64,000 nucleotides of DNA from Chitinophagales bacterium (GTDB lineage: Bacteria; Bacteroidota; Bacteroidia; Chitinophagales; CAIOSU01), in NCBI GenBank assembly GCA_034440455.1, contig JAWXCB010000125.1:1797-65796 (forward strand), written 5' to 3'. The notes beneath the pieces are model-generated. The model had not been told where the DNA came from. It made no database searches and worked only from the letters and a program-made list of their open reading frames with translations. A program made the translations under genes and the position numbers. Shown in pieces: positions 28,077-38,983 of this stretch. Every line of letters begins with the position of its first letter. Positions within the stretch are counted from its first letter, which is position 1.

Positions 28077-29549
28077 TCATGTCTTTTGGGGTTCCATCTT
28101 CCACACTACCGCGCCATACAGCAGCAGAAAAAACAAACTCGTCCCCGTTAATGTGCTGCCCGCTAAACCGAAAGTTGCTTGCATATATGCGCTGATAATA
28201 TAAAGCAACAAGGCAAACCCGATATACAGGCTGATGCGCTTCAATCGGTAGGGCACACGATAATACCGCTGACCAAATACATAAGAGAGCACCATCATCA
28301 GCGTGTAGCAAATCAAAGTTGCCCAGGCGGAACCCATGAAGCCCATCAAAGGAATTAAAAGCACATTTAAAATAACGGTGACTACTGCGCCCACTATTGA
28401 GATGAATGCTCCAAACCTTGTTTTGTTCGTAAGCTTATACCACACCGAGAGATTGAAATACACGCCAAGACAAAAATTTGCAAGCAGCAGAATCGGCACG
28501 ATGCCCAGCCCTTCCCAGAAATTTTTTCCGATGAAATATTTTATCCAGTGCAGGTTGAGCATCGTGAACAGGAAGATGCCCATGCACACGATGACAAAAT
28601 AATTCATGATGCGGGCGTAAATAGCGCGCGCATCTTTTTCAGCGGACTGTGCGAAAAAAAACGGCTCGGCTGCAAACCGAAATGCCTGAATGAAAATGGT
28701 CATTATCAGCGAGAGCTTGTAACACGCGCCATACACGCCCACTTGCGCGAGCGCAATGTTTTCGGGTAAAAGATATTTCAGGAAAATGCGGTCGAGCGTT
28801 TCGTTGGTCATGCCTGCAAGCCCCGCCACCAAAAGCGGCAACGAATACGGCAACATCTCTTTCACAAACGCAAAATCAAATCCCCATTTTATTTTGAGGA
28901 AAGAGGGAGCAAGAGCCAGCAACGTCACACAGGTTGCAATCAGGTTTGAGATAAATACATAGCCGACACCGATGTCAGGCGAATATATTTTTTCAACAAA
29001 ACCATAAAATGGGCTATCCGGATTTTGAAAAACCGATTTGCAAAACAACAGGAAGAACACGTTGAAGAAAATATTCGTGAAGATGTTCAGCATTTTAATT
29101 GCTGCAAATGTTTTGGCTTTATTCTCCTCCCGCAGTTTTGCAAATGCGATTGCGCCTATCGCGTCAAAACCAAGAATTAATCCAAACCAAACAATGTATT
29201 CGGGATGCTCAGGATAGCGGATGAGGTCTGCGAGCGGTTGGGCAAAAAGAAAAAAGACTCCGATGCATAGCAATGATGTTGCGGAAATCATGGAAAGGAT
29301 AGTGCCGTAAACTTTTTCCTTGTTCTGTGATTTTACCGAGAAATTGAACAATGCCGTTTCCATTCCATAGGTGAGGATGATGTTGAGGAAAGAAACATAG
29401 GCATACAACTCATTCACCGTGCCATACTCAGCGCGTGAAAAATTATCAATCGTATAAAGCGGAACAAGCAGATAGTTCAGCAGCCGTCCGATGATGGTCG
29501 GCAGTCCGTAGATAGCGGTTTGCCCCGCGAGTTTTTTCAGAATAGACAA
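28077..29549 (-). CDS. Polysaccharide flippase / MATE-like (Wzx family) protein
   Basis: [13 protein letters not shown]..., multiple TM segments, [11 protein letters not shown]. Confidence 0.9.
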   Translation of the reverse strand: MSILKKLAGQTAIYGLPTIIGRLLNYLLVPLYTIDNFSRAEYGTVNELYAYVSFLNIILTYGMETALFNFSVKSQNKEKVYGTILSMISATSLLCIGVFFLFAQPLADLIRYPEHPEYIVWFGLILGFDAIGAIAFAKLREENKAKTFAAIKMLNIFTNIFFNVFFLLFCKSVFQNPDSPFYGFVEKIYSPDIGVGYVFISNLIATCVTLLALAPSFLKIKWGFDFAFVKEMLPYSLPLLVAGLAGMTNETLDRIFLKYLLPENIALAQVGVYGACYKLSLIMTIFIQAFRFAAEPFFFAQSAEKDARAIYARIMNYFVIVCMGIFLFTMLNLHWIKYFIGKNFWEGLGIVPILLLANFCLGVYFNLSVWYKLTNKTRFGAFISIVGAVVTVILNVLLIPLMGFMGSAWATLICYTLMMVLSYVFGQRYYRVPYRLKRISLYIGFALLLYIISAYMQATFGLAGSTLTGTSLFFLLLYGAVVWKMEPQKT

Positions 29550-29707
29550 GTGGTGGCATTGAGGGATTCCCTCTCTTTAAGCGATGGAATCCCTATAGGA
29601 TGGTTAAAAGTAATCTCTTTGTACAGGTGGCTATCGTTAAGTTGTGTTAATGCGATTTGTTGAAAAGTGATGTCAGTTGTATTTTCGGGCATCCAAAATT
29701 ATTACCC

Positions 29708-30187
29708 ATGACTTTTAAAACAGCCGAACTCTGCGATTCCAACGAAGGGAAAGTAGCAATCGCTCAACCGCTTTTAAAATCGTTTGGCGCAAAGAAATCT
29801 TTTGCCGGAGAAATCGTCACTGTGAAGGTATTTGAAGACAATGTACGTGTAAAAGAAATGCTTGGAAAAAACGGAAAAGAAAAAGTGCTGGTAGTGGACG
29901 GTGGCGGCTCGCTACGCTGCGCATTGATGGGTGATTTGCTCGGCAAAATGGCGCAGGACAATGAGTGGGCAGGCGTTATTATCAACGGCTGCATCCGCGA
30001 TTCTGCTGAAATCAATGCAATGCCAATCGGGGTGAAAGCGCTGAACACTATCCCGATAAAAAGCAAAAAGGGTGGTGTAGGAGAAATCAACGCGCCTGTA
30101 AATTTTGCAGGAGTAACATTTACTCCGGGCGAGTTCGTCTATTCCGATGAAGACGGAATTATCGTATCAGTAACAAAGTTGCACTGA
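29708..30187 (+). CDS. rraA: RraA family protein (RNase E regulator / HMG aldolase)
   Basis: TAELCD, FEDN, VLVVDGGGSLRCALMGD, GCIRD and YSDEDG motifs. Confidence 0.92.
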   Translation: MTFKTAELCDSNEGKVAIAQPLLKSFGAKKSFAGEIVTVKVFEDNVRVKEMLGKNGKEKVLVVDGGGSLRCALMGDLLGKMAQDNEWAGVIINGCIRDSAEINAMPIGVKALNTIPIKSKKGGVGEINAPVNFAGVTFTPGEFVYSDEDGIIVSVTKLH

Positions 30188-30189
30188 GT

Positions 30190-30957
30190 TTACAACGCGC
30201 TGCGCTGCATAAGCAGACGCGAAAATGTGAGGCATAGCAGAAAATAGCCGATAGCAAGCAACACAACAATTGTGGTTGAAAGCGGCTCTGCCTCCGTGAA
30301 GCCGGGAATCGGAATTTCAAATTTGCTTGGCACTAACGCATCTAAAACGTGCATGGGTAGATACCGCTCAATTTCATCAGGGATGCGAAAACGCAACAGC
30401 CGCTCCAGCGCAATTACGTAAATCAGATAAGCAACAATAGCGAGCGCTGCCCGCCTGATGAGAAAAGCCAGCACAGCCGCAATGCCCATGTAGCCTGCTA
30501 TCTGCACAAAGAGGCGCAGCAGGAAATGAACCTGTTCAAATATCTGCCCAATGAAATCAAAACCGCCCGCTGTAAGCCCGCGAATAAGTCCGTAAATAAA
30601 TAAGAAGAGAATGCAGCCAAGGGCAATCGCTTTGATAAACAGAAATTTTGCCGTCACCGCTTCATCGCGCGATAATCCGTCAACCACATTTTGTCTGAAT
30701 GTTTTAAAAGTAAATTCATTACTGATAAGCAGGATGACGAGAATACCCAACAGGATATTGAGATAGCTCGCCATGTAAGCGAGATTATGCCACACTTCAG
30801 GAAAACTAAAAAGTGAAAATGCGGGGTTGGCTGCGGGATTCATTTTATTTGCCGCTCCTGAAAACAGCAGGATGAGCAGCGCATAAATTCCCAGAAAAGC
30901 CCAGAAGGTTTTATAGGTTTTTACTTTTAAAAATTCGATGCGCAGCAATCTAAGCAT
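30190..30957 (-). CDS. ABC-2 type transporter permease
   Basis: LLRIEFLK, NEFTFKTFRQNVVDGLSR and about six TM segments. Confidence 0.9.
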   Translation of the reverse strand: MLRLLRIEFLKVKTYKTFWAFLGIYALLILLFSGAANKMNPAANPAFSLFSFPEVWHNLAYMASYLNILLGILVILLISNEFTFKTFRQNVVDGLSRDEAVTAKFLFIKAIALGCILFLFIYGLIRGLTAGGFDFIGQIFEQVHFLLRLFVQIAGYMGIAAVLAFLIRRAALAIVAYLIYVIALERLLRFRIPDEIERYLPMHVLDALVPSKFEIPIPGFTEAEPLSTTIVVLLAIGYFLLCLTFSRLLMQRSAL

Positions 30958-31849
30958 GGGCGGAAGTGAGTTCGAGATATTGACTTTCTAAGGTTTTGCG
31001 TCTCATATTGAGTTGCGTGAGCGTAATTCCTTTTTCAAAAAAATATTTATTCAGCGCGGCTGTATTCATCGGCTCGTTGAATTTTAATAAGAGCGTTTCC
31101 TGTTTTTTTTCAAGCGAAGTCAGCCCGCTCAGTTCTTTCGCAATCGCAGCGAGTGTTTCTAAATTTTCTGCTGCAATTTCCACCTGGTTTCCCTGCCCCA
31201 GCACATCTGCCACTTTTCCTGACGCGAGCAATTCGCCCGATTTCATAATCGCAACATGCGTGCATACTTTTTCCACCTCATCAAGCAAATGACTGGCAAG
31301 CAAAATTGTTTTCCCTTCTTTGGCAATTTCTAAAATCAACTCGCGAATTTCAGCGATGCCCTGCGGGTCAAGTCCGTTTGTCGGCTCGTCTAACACGAGT
31401 ACTTCCGGCTTATTAATTAATGCAGATGCAATCGCCAGCCGCTGCTTCATGCCGAGCGAATACGTGCTGAATTTTGAATTCCTGCGATTCATCAATCCTG
31501 TTGCCTGCAACGCGGTAAGCGTGTTTTTCTCGTGCCTGTTTTTGATGGTCGCTACCACCTCAAGGTTTTGCAAGCCAGACAAATACGGATAAAAATTCGG
31601 TGTTTCAATCAGCGCGCCAATTCTGCGCCTGCGCGTGTTGTGCGAAGGTCCTGTGCCAAACCATTCATATCTGCCGTTGTCTGCTTTGATGACATCGAGC
31701 AAAATACTGAGGCAGGTTGTTTTGCCGCTGCCGTTCGGTCCTAATAATCCATAGATGCTTCCCGGCTCAATTTTTAAATTGAAGTTGGTGAGCGCCTTCA
31801 GGCTGCCGTATTGCTTCGTAAGATTTTTCGCTTCGAGAATGTAAGCCAA
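30950..31849 (-). CDS. ABC transporter ATP-binding protein
   Basis: GPNGSGKTT, YSLGMKQRL, LDEPTNGLD and SH motifs. Confidence 0.96.
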   Translation of the reverse strand: MAYILEAKNLTKQYGSLKALTNFNLKIEPGSIYGLLGPNGSGKTTCLSILLDVIKADNGRYEWFGTGPSHNTRRRRIGALIETPNFYPYLSGLQNLEVVATIKNRHEKNTLTALQATGLMNRRNSKFSTYSLGMKQRLAIASALINKPEVLVLDEPTNGLDPQGIAEIRELILEIAKEGKTILLASHLLDEVEKVCTHVAIMKSGELLASGKVADVLGQGNQVEIAAENLETLAAIAKELSGLTSLEKKQETLLLKFNEPMNTAALNKYFFEKGITLTQLNMRRKTLESQYLELTSAHA

Positions 31850-31985
31850 TGTGGAATACTCTGTTTTAAAAATCGCGCTAAAATAGGTTATTTAACACTG
31901 CGGAATAACCAAATTTCAAACATCAAATTTCAATGGTTCATTTTGATTTGATGATTGTATTTAGTGATTTGGAATTTCAAGGTAT

Positions 31986-32597
31986 ATGCTCAAAAAATAT
32001 TTCGACAAAACAAAAATCGAAGCAGGCTGTGACGAAGCAGGGCGAGGTTGTCTTGCGGGACCTGTGTTTGCAGGCGCAGTGATTTTGCCAAAAGGATTTA
32101 ATGACAGCTTTCTGCATGATTCAAAACAACTGAGCGCAACTGAAAGAGAGGAATTGCGAGAAATGATTGAAGAAAAAGCATTGAGTTGGGCGGTGGCTTC
32201 AGTAAGCAGCAAAGAGATTGACCGCATCAATATTCTCAATGCTTCATTTCTTGCGATGCATCGCGCAATCGCAAAACTGAAGGTCGTTCCTGAGTCGCTG
32301 CTCATTGACGGTAATCGCTTTAAGCCTTACCCAAAAATTTCGCATACGTGCATTGTGAAGGGTGATGCGAAATTTCAAAGCATAGCAGCAGCCTCCATTT
32401 TAGCAAAGACGTATCGGGATGATTATATGAAAAAGCTGCACGTAAAATTTCCATACTACGGCTGGGAAACAAACAAAGGCTATCCTACAACTGTACACCG
32501 CGATGCGATTGTCAAACACGGCATCATGGATGAACACCGCAAAACTTTTCAACTTTTACCTGTGCCTAAACAGATGGAATTGTTCTCAGTTAAATAA
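31986..32597 (+). CDS. rnhB: Ribonuclease HII
   Basis: [31 protein letters not shown] and NKGYPT motifs. Confidence 0.98.
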   Translation: MLKKYFDKTKIEAGCDEAGRGCLAGPVFAGAVILPKGFNDSFLHDSKQLSATEREELREMIEEKALSWAVASVSSKEIDRINILNASFLAMHRAIAKLKVVPESLLIDGNRFKPYPKISHTCIVKGDAKFQSIAAASILAKTYRDDYMKKLHVKFPYYGWETNKGYPTTVHRDAIVKHGIMDEHRKTFQLLPVPKQMELFSVK

Positions 32598-33954
32598 TCT
32601 CAAAATACCGCTTCAATTCCCAATCCGTCACCACTTTTGAAAATTGTCGCCATTCCCATTCGCGAGTTTGCGTGAAGTGTTCTACGAATTGTTCTCCGAA
32701 TAATTCTTTTGCAACACTGGAATTTTTCATTGCTTGTGTAGCATCCCACAGATTGCGCGGCAGCGTTCCATGTTTTTCATCACGATAGCCGTTTCCGATG
32801 GTATTAGGTTGCGTGAGTTTCATTTTCTTTTTGATGCCATACAATCCTGAGGCGAGGCATCCTGCCATGGCGAGATAAGGATTCACATCGGAGCCTACCA
32901 CGCGCGTTTCAAGGCGCGCAGATTTTTCACCGCCTGTGAGAATGCGCAATGCAGTCGTGCGGTTGTCCATTCCCCACGTGACTGTTGTTGGCGCCCACGC
33001 GCCTTCTACCAACCGCTTGTAGCTGTTTATTGTAGGAGCAAATAAGGGAAGGATATGCGGCAGGCAATATAATTGTCCCGCAACGTAGCTCTTCATCAGT
33101 TCACTCATGTGAAATTTGTCTTTCGCATCGTAGAACAGATTTTTCTTTCTGTCCCACAAACTTTGATGCACATGGCCGCTGCATCCGGGAAGATTTTCAT
33201 TCCACTTTGCCATGAAACTTGCCATGATGCCATATCGCTGTGCGATTTCTTTTGCTCCGGTTTTAAAAAGTGTCGCACGGTCTGCCGATTCCAAAATATC
33301 ATCGTAAAGAATTGCAGCTTCATAAACGCCCGGTCCTGTTTCAGTGTGAAGTCCTTCAATTGGAACATTGAATTTCAATAAGCTGTCAAATAATTCATTG
33401 AAAAAATCACTTTTCAATGAACTTCTTAAAACAGAATACCCAAACATCCCCGGTGTGAGCGGTTGCGGTTTGATGAAATTTTTATTCGCCCAACTATCGG
33501 GTGTTTCTGCAAAATTGAACCACTCGAACTCCTGTGAGAATTGCGGATTTAATCCTGCTTTGATTGACTGTTCCCGGATTTTTTTTAATAGACTTCTCGG
33601 GCAGACATGCAAAGGCTTTCCGTTTTCATCCACGAAATCAGCAAGGAAAAATGGGATGTCGTTATCCCACGGCATCTTCCTGAAAGTGGAAACATCAATC
33701 TGCGCATTCGCATCAGGATAGCCTGAATGCCAGCCGGTGAATGTAGTGTTGTCATAAGCGACATCAGCAGAATCCCAGCCGAATACGACATCGCAGAAGC
33801 CAAATCCTTTTTCAAGGATAGAAAGAAATTTATCGCGGTGCATGACTTTTCCACGCAGGATGCCGTCAATGTCAGTCACCGCAACTTTTACTTTTTCCTG
33901 CGGATAGTTTTTTACGTAAGCGAGCGCGTTTTCCGATTTCGATTTTTCAGCCAT
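32590..33954 (-). CDS. Glutamine synthetase family protein (gamma-glutamylamine ligase-like)
   Basis: [46 protein letters not shown] and RLETR motifs. Confidence 0.93.
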   Translation of the reverse strand: MAEKSKSENALAYVKNYPQEKVKVAVTDIDGILRGKVMHRDKFLSILEKGFGFCDVVFGWDSADVAYDNTTFTGWHSGYPDANAQIDVSTFRKMPWDNDIPFFLADFVDENGKPLHVCPRSLLKKIREQSIKAGLNPQFSQEFEWFNFAETPDSWANKNFIKPQPLTPGMFGYSVLRSSLKSDFFNELFDSLLKFNVPIEGLHTETGPGVYEAAILYDDILESADRATLFKTGAKEIAQRYGIMASFMAKWNENLPGCSGHVHQSLWDRKKNLFYDAKDKFHMSELMKSYVAGQLYCLPHILPLFAPTINSYKRLVEGAWAPTTVTWGMDNRTTALRILTGGEKSARLETRVVGSDVNPYLAMAGCLASGLYGIKKKMKLTQPNTIGNGYRDEKHGTLPRNLWDATQAMKNSSVAKELFGEQFVEHFTQTREWEWRQFSKVVTDWELKRYFEII

Positions 33955-34035
33955 AGTGTTGAAATAATGCCGCCAAAATACAATTTAACCACAGAGGATA
34001 GAGAGGAAAATACGCACAGAGGAAGCAGAGAATTC

Positions 34036-35358
34036 TCAGCTATTATTTGAAAATGATTTTCTTTCCACGAAGAAATAAAACAACAAAAATGAAAGCACGA
34101 GCAGCCCGAAATAAATTCCTGCGAGCAGCGGATAGTAAATAGTGATTGCTATTAAGGAGAAGAAGCTTATTGCTAAAGCTACAATAGGAAATACAGGATA
34201 GAACGGCACTTTGAAAGGGCGCTCAAGATTTGGCTCATGTTTGCGCAACACGAGGAGCGAAATCATGGAAATGATATAAAGCGTCAATGCGCCAAATGAC
34301 GCGATAATGATTATCTCGAAAGATTTTCCTGTCAGCACTGCAATCATTCCGATAGCAAGATTTGCAATCAACGCATACGCAGGAGTTTGAAATCGCGGAT
34401 GCACGGTTCCTAATTTTTTGGGGGCATAACCAAACTTTCCAAACTCAAAAGTGGCTCTGCCGCCTGCAAGGATAATTCCGTGAAAAGAAGCGATTAATCC
34501 AAAAAGCCCGATAGTTGTTACAAGATGATAAAGAAAATGTCCCTGTCCGTAAATTTTGCTGAGCGCAAGCGGTAAAGGAGAATCTGATTCTGCTCCATTG
34601 TTATAGACAACAGATTCCCAACCGTCAACACCCACCGATGAAATGAAAATTAAAATGCACAACACTATCAGTGTCGCTAATGCAGAACCGAACCCCAGCA
34701 GCACATTACGTTGCGGGTTGATGGTTTCTTCTGCAACATTCGCCACTCCTTCAATGGCGAGAAAAAACCAAATCGCAAATGGAATAGAAGTAAGTATTCC
34801 TTCATAACCATTTGGGAAAGCGTTGCGGATAAGGTTTGCTGTTTCGATGTGTGGCAGCGTGGACCCAGCAAAAATGAGCAACTCCGTGACGGCAAGCACT
34901 GTGATGAGCAACTCCACTGTTGCTGCGGCTTTCACGCCATAGATATTAACTCCCGTGAAAATTAAGTAAGCAACTATCGCTACCCACAACACCGAAATGG
35001 TGGGAACAAGATTCTGAACATATGCACCGATGCCGAGCGCAATCGCTGCGGGCGCAAAGATGAATTCAATATTCTGCGCCATACCTCCGATGAATCCCCA
35101 CCGTTTTCCCAATGCGCGTTTTGCATAATCAAAAACTCCGCCTGCCTTTGGAATTGCACATGCCAGCTCGGTATATCCGAAAGTAAAAGTGATATACATT
35201 ATCATTATGAAGAAGGTCGCAATGGCAAGCCCGAGTGTACCTCCTTTAGCTAAACCGAGGTTCCAGCCGAAATACATTCCTGAAATCACATAGCCCACAC
35301 CCAATCCCCAAAGCATCAGCGGACCAAGGGTGCGCTTGAGTTGAGTGGGTTGCGACAT
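34036..35358 (-). CDS. eat: Ethanolamine permease (APC family)
   Basis: LWGLGVGYVISGMYFGWNLGL, PFAIWFFLAIEG and GLIASFHGII motifs. Confidence 0.88.
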   Translation of the reverse strand: MSQPTQLKRTLGPLMLWGLGVGYVISGMYFGWNLGLAKGGTLGLAIATFFIMIMYITFTFGYTELACAIPKAGGVFDYAKRALGKRWGFIGGMAQNIEFIFAPAAIALGIGAYVQNLVPTISVLWVAIVAYLIFTGVNIYGVKAAATVELLITVLAVTELLIFAGSTLPHIETANLIRNAFPNGYEGILTSIPFAIWFFLAIEGVANVAEETINPQRNVLLGFGSALATLIVLCILIFISSVGVDGWESVVYNNGAESDSPLPLALSKIYGQGHFLYHLVTTIGLFGLIASFHGIILAGGRATFEFGKFGYAPKKLGTVHPRFQTPAYALIANLAIGMIAVLTGKSFEIIIIASFGALTLYIISMISLLVLRKHEPNLERPFKVPFYPVFPIVALAISFFSLIAITIYYPLLAGIYFGLLVLSFLLFYFFVERKSFSNNS

Positions 35359-35390
35359 GATGCTTGCAAAATAAGAAAAGTTATGGGCGT

Positions 35391-35516
35391 GTCATGCCGG
35401 ATTCATTCCGGCATCCCCTTTTTATAGATAATGCCTTTTGCATGGGATTCCGGCATAAAGCCGGAATGACAACGATATGGGGATTGCGGAATCCGCCTGA
35501 GGCGGACTGCAATGAC
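35391..35516. repeat. Cluster of GTCAT...ATGAC palindromes with an embedded TCCGCCTNAGGCGGA palindrome
   Basis: gtcatgccggattcattccggcatccc...gggattccggcataaagccggaatgac, then gggattgc-[tccgcctgaggcgga]-gcaatgac. Confidence 0.75.
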
Positions 35517-35540
35517 ACTAAATTGTATGTATTTTCGAGT

Positions 35541-35909
35541 ATGCTCAAACGAATCAGTCTTTATGTGATGTCCGCATTCTACATGTTTGCGGGCGTTAAC
35601 CACTTTCGTAATCCAGAATTTTATGCGGGATTGATTCCACCTTATTTACCGAATCCTGATTTGATAAATACTGCAAGTGGTGTCGCTGAGATTTTATTAG
35701 GCGCATTGTTGCTCTTTTCAAAAACGAGAAAGATTGCAGCCGTTGGCATCATCGCAATGCTGATTGCGTTTGTTCCCGCGCATGTGTATCACATCCAAAC
35801 GGGCGGTTGTCCCACGGAGGAATTATGTGCTCCGCTTTGGGCAACGTGGGTGCGTCTTCTTGTTCTTCAGCCTTTGCTTATCGTATGGGCGTGGTGGAAT
35901 AGGAAATAA
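35541..35909 (+). CDS. DoxX-like membrane protein
   Basis: FAGVNHF..P.FY...IPPYLP...SGVAEI.LG...WVRL..QPLLI.WAW. Confidence 0.85.
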   Translation: MLKRISLYVMSAFYMFAGVNHFRNPEFYAGLIPPYLPNPDLINTASGVAEILLGALLLFSKTRKIAAVGIIAMLIAFVPAHVYHIQTGGCPTEELCAPLWATWVRLLVLQPLLIVWAWWNRK

Positions 35910-36075
35910 TTTCCCCGCAGATTTACGCTGATTTTTATCGCAAATAGATGCAGATTCCTATCTGCGTTTTCAAAAAGAGATACAGACTTCCCCCGCCATT
36001 TACGCATAGGGCTGTTTAAGAATTATCTGCGGCTATCTGCAGGAAATTATTATTTATCTTGGCGAAAAATTTTTC

Positions 36076-36435
36076 ATGGCTAACAATGTTTTCGGTGAAC
36101 CGCTTATCGCTTGCAGCACAAAACCTTTAACAGGCTTTTATCGTGATGGCTGTTGCAATTCGGGCGAAGATGACGCAGGCGTTCATTCGGTATGCATTAT
36201 TGCAACCGCTGAATTTTTGGAATTCTCTTCTGCCCGGGGCAATGACCTTTCCACTCCGCATCCTGAATATAATTTTCCGGGATTAAAACCTGGCGACCGT
36301 TGGTGCCTGTGCGCCAGTCGCTGGGTAGAAGCATGGAAGGTCGGCAAAGCGCCAAAAGTAGTTTTAGAAGCCACACACGAGCGGACATTGGACTTTATTC
36401 AACTCGAAGAATTGGTAAAGTGGGCTGCCCTATAA
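36076..36435 (+). CDS. DUF2237 family protein
   Basis: NVFGEPL..CS..PLTGFYRDGCC...FPGLKPGDRWCLCASRW...EATHE. Confidence 0.95.
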   Translation: MANNVFGEPLIACSTKPLTGFYRDGCCNSGEDDAGVHSVCIIATAEFLEFSSARGNDLSTPHPEYNFPGLKPGDRWCLCASRWVEAWKVGKAPKVVLEATHERTLDFIQLEELVKWAAL

Positions 36436-36557
36436 ATAAATAGAGAATTATCGGTAAGGCGTTCTCTTGATATCCTTTCTATCTGAATATGGTGCTTGAC
36501 GGATTCTCATTCTTCATTGGCTCGCATAAGACATTTCAATTTGGCAGCATTCGTGCA

Positions 36558-36739
36558 ATGAATGGCACACCTGATGAAACTCTAAAATGCTGGTCGAAAC
36601 TATCCAATCAAAGTTGGAGCGTTCGCATCTTTTAGAACGGGAGGTTACCGTTGAGTTTGTCAAACTGTATTACAAAGATGATTTTCCGGAGGAGGAGATG
36701 CAGCGGATTGCGGAGAGATTGCGCGAAAGACCTTCTTGA
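36558..36739 (+). pseudogene. Probable broken small antitoxin-like gene
   Basis: MNGTPDETLK in one frame; MLVETIQSKL...VEFVKLYYKDDFPEEEMQRIAERL (36587-36739) in another. Confidence 0.4.
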
Positions 36740-36748
36740 GAAAACACT

Positions 36749-38100
36749 TTACTTGCAAGAACGCTCATACTTACCATTCTGAATATCATTCAAAACGGAA
36801 CTTTCGATTTCTGATCCCAGTGTTTCCAAGCGAGGCTTGTCATCTTTTATCTTACACAAATAGACCTTGCTATTCAACATTACAGAATTGATTTTTTGAC
36901 AAGCAGTTTCTCCATTTGAAGCTTGTAAGCAGATTTCAATTTGTGGCGCTGTTGTTTCACATCTAAACAGATAATATGAACCCCTTGCAATTGCACAGTA
37001 TTGCTTACCATCAACTGAAAGCGTGATTTCACCAGGCTTTGAGTAGGAAGTGAAATAGAAATAAATCTGTCCGTGATATTTTCTGCCTTGTGTATTCACA
37101 GGTGTTAATCCGCCATGTGTGAAATCAACCTTGCATTCTATCAATTCCTTCTGCTGGGGATTAATGGAATAGTAGATGAGTACTCCGATAACTCCACCCA
37201 AAAAACCCGCTACTGCCACGCCACTTGCATCACTGCTTGTACTTGCGCGTGGGTTGTATTTAAAGTAAAGATGCTGTCTTTTCGCTCAAGAGGGTGATAT
37301 CTGTTGCCGATGCGCATATATAACTTTTTGCCATCGGAAAAGCCCCAAACATCCTTGATTTTAGCATTTTTCTCCCCCGAACGTATCGTTGCTCTGCTTG
37401 AATTTTCGCCCCATGATTCAAGGCTAATTGCAAAGTCAGTGTTTCTATCAGGATGAAAATCCCGAAAGTCGTAGAAGGTGTGAAAGAGACATCTTGGAAC
37501 AGAATCCGCAGACAAAATTTTATAACTCCTTTCTTCCAGCGGGCGCAGATGAAGAGTAGATGCCTGAATTTCTTCTTTCCAAATACGATTGCCGGCTATG
37601 CGATGTTCAAAGTCAAGAAATGATTGCTGGATTGCAAGCACAATATTATACGCGTGTGCCCGCGACACATCCATCAGCGCGTCTTCCATAATTACCGCTG
37701 AACGAAATAATTCAAAATAGGAACCGTCTTCCTGAATGATAAAACTCAAATTCAGTTCTGCAAATGCCAGTTGTTTTGACGAGTAAACAAACTCATAAAC
37801 ATCGAGATGGTTAATGCGAATAATTAGCGGTGTAGCTGCATTCACGGCAAAACTTCTTAAGAATAGCGATTGAAACTCCTTTTCAGCGCTTGTTTGAAAA
37901 AAAGCAGGCGCATGCACGTTCATCATGCCTTTATGCGTATATCCGATTCTTGTAGTATCCTCTCTTGCATCTATGACCCTTTCCACCCGATAACTTCCCC
38001 TGATATATTCCAGCGTGTATTTTTCAAGGCTCACATACTGAGGCTTCTGAGCAAGCGCATCAATGCCTATTAGAAGAAAAATGAGCAATTTCCATTTCAT
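36749..38100 (-). pseudogene. Secreted/membrane hypothetical protein split by a frameshift near 37230-37290
   Basis: The downstream frame is open upstream of its annotated start (LYFKYNPRASTSSDASGVAVAGFLGGVIG) and overlaps the end of the upstream ORF. Confidence 0.6.
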
Positions 38101-38215
38101 CTTGCAATACTTTATTTAGTAGTGAAAATACGAAGTATTCCATCTTTTCAGGAAATCTTCGACTTAGAACGCCCAAAAACTTTTTCCTACCTTTGGGGCA
38201 CTTTTAATTTTAAGA

Positions 38216-38983
38216 ATGAAGAAACACGACTACGATTACAACACACAACGCGAGCACCTCGTGATCCGCGAATACGGCAGGCATCTCCAAAGCATGGTGG
38301 AATATACAGCCACCATTGCAGACGCAGAAAAACGCAACGGGCTTGCGCTGGGCATTATTGAACTGATGGGGCAGATGAATCCCGGTTTGAGAAATGTAGA
38401 GGAATTCCGCCATAAACTTTGGGATCACATGTACATCATTTCCGATGGGAAATTAGATGTGGATTCACCGTACCCGAAGCCCAACTTAGAGCAGATTCAT
38501 AAGCGACCAAAGCACATGGGCTATCCGCGGCAGGCAATCCGTTTGAAGCACTACGGAAAAAACGTGGAGCGGATGATTGAGAAAGCCTCCGCGATGGAAG
38601 ATGAAGATAAGAAGCGTGGCTTCACGGAGTGTATCGGCAACTACATGAAGTTGGTGCATCGCAACTGGAATAAGGAAAATGCCAATGACGAAATCATCAA
38701 GCAGGACATTGTAGTGCTTTCCAATGGCGCATTGCATCTTGACGAAGACAGCAACCTCGATTCACTGACACGCGCTACTCCACCGCGCAGAAAGCGACCG
38801 GATAACTACCGCAGCAACGACAGGCGCGAAGGAAGAAACGATAACAGGGGCGGGCATAGAGGAGGCGACCGCAACAGAGACGGTGGACAAGGACGGCATG
38901 GCGGCAGCAATCAAGGTCGCTTCAGGGGGGATAACCGGAATAATAACAGACGTAACAACAGAGATAACCGCGATTCAAGATGA
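38216..38983 (+). CDS. DUF4290 protein
   Basis: YNTQREHL.I.EYGRH.Q.MV...KLWDH...YGKN with an R/G/N/D-rich tail. TACCTTTG promoter element at 38188-38195. Confidence 0.93.
   Translation: MKKHDYDYNTQREHLVIREYGRHLQSMVEYTATIADAEKRNGLALGIIELMGQMNPGLRNVEEFRHKLWDHMYIISDGKLDVDSPYPKPNLEQIHKRPKHMGYPRQAIRLKHYGKNVERMIEKASAMEDEDKKRGFTECIGNYMKLVHRNWNKENANDEIIKQDIVVLSNGALHLDEDSNLDSLTRATPPRRKRPDNYRSNDRREGRNDNRGGHRGGDRNRDGGQGRHGGSNQGRFRGDNRNNNRRNNRDNRDSR

Noticed and set aside
27616-28311. Long N-terminal extensions of dut, and similarly the ORFs starting at 3154, 8319, 23428, 35364 and 52629
   Set aside because: These are upstream-start artefacts overlapping neighbouring genes or repeats; downstream starts fit the families better.
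31900-31980. Degenerate 7-8 bp arrays here and at about 27583-27612, 40287-40320 and 40410-40440 as CRISPR or iterons
   Set aside because: They have no spacers and no cas or rep gene; they are treated as part of the short-repeat families.
38760-38983. R/G/N/D-rich low-complexity tail of DUF4290
   Set aside because: Such disordered tails are usual for this family.
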